This document shows, piece by piece, positions 32,811-33,206 of a stretch of DNA of 33,206 nt. The stretch is taken from IMG/VR virus record IMGVR_UViG_3300030101_004641; one strand, 5' to 3'. Within the stretch, counting starts at the first letter, position 1. Every line of letters begins with the position of its first letter. The notes beneath the pieces are model-generated. The model made no database searches. It was not told the DNA's origin and saw only the letters and a list, made by a program, of their open reading frames with translations. Position numbers and translations under genes: made by a program. Source of the DNA: an uncultured virus (IMG/VR IMGVR_UViG_3300030101_004641) (taxonomy: Duplodnaviria; Heunggongvirae; Uroviricota; Caudoviricetes).

Positions 32811-33206
32811 CTAAGCAGCTTTTAATGCTGCAACTTCTGTTTCTAATGTTTCTACTTTAGTTTTTAATTCTTTAATTGCAGCAATACAAACTGGAATTAA
32901 TTCTTGGTGTAAAACAGCAAAGTACTCTGTTTTATCATCACTGTCGTCATTCATAGAATTAGTTTGTTCAACACATTCTGGATATACCTCGTTTACAGAT
33001 TGTGCCGTAATACCAAGATGAACTGTTCCATCTTTATCATTATTCCATTTATATTTCCAAGTATCAATTTTTACAATATCTGTTAAAGCATTAACAATAT
33101 CTGAAACTTTTGTTTTTAATCTTATATCTGACATACTTCCAAAAGAAGTTCCCCCATTACTTATAAACACTCCACCGCTAATTCCTCCATTACCTGGTGA
33201 CGTTCT
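32811..33206 (-). CDS. tail fibre/spike C-terminus with peptidase S74 intramolecular chaperone (truncated by window end)
   Basis: SDIRLK, Y.W, G.TAQ.V....PE.V, terminal coiled coil AAIKEL...VETLE; frame is open to the window end. Confidence 0.9.
   Translation of the reverse strand, partial: RTSPGNGGISGGVFISNGGTSFGSMSDIRLKTKVSDIVNALTDIVKIDTWKYKWNNDKDGTVHLGITAQSVNEVYPECVEQTNSMNDDSDDKTEYFAVLHQELIPVCIAAIKELKTKVETLETEVAALKAA

Overview
AT-rich fragment of a dsDNA cyanophage, most plausibly infecting Prochlorococcus or marine picocyanobacteria (psbA, four hli genes, psbN-like and nblA-like genes). Layout: (i) 1-7530, a + strand train of about 27 small, mostly translationally coupled ORFs, many with GGAG(G) Shine-Dalgarno sites (early/host-takeover-like), including a P-loop kinase, a DUF2786 protein and an NrdR-type zinc ribbon, with a ~190-nt structured intergenic segment; (ii) 7600-16900, an accessory block with a protein-kinase-fold gene, a 651-aa low-complexity protein, a 2OG-Fe(II) oxygenase and a cluster of Lys-rich small proteins, including a DUF5872-like gene split in two and a HiPIP-like Cys protein; (iii) 16960-18870, a psbA island with an NtcA-boxed DUF4278-like gene and two candidate non-coding RNAs; (iv) 18900-31060, replication genes: T7-like family A polymerase, SSB, Gp157-like, PD-(D/E)XK exonuclease and a Prim-Pol/D5-type SF3 primase-helicase; (v) 31100-33206, an hli operon with an HLR1-like promoter, psbN-like gene and the end of a tail fibre with an S74 chaperone. 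I recognised no capsid, terminase, integrase, tRNA or CRISPR array. All family names come from motif recognition by eye, not database searches, and RNA helices were paired by hand. The most promising unexplained signals are the structured RNA candidates at 18555-18866, 6746-6936 and 16966-17040.
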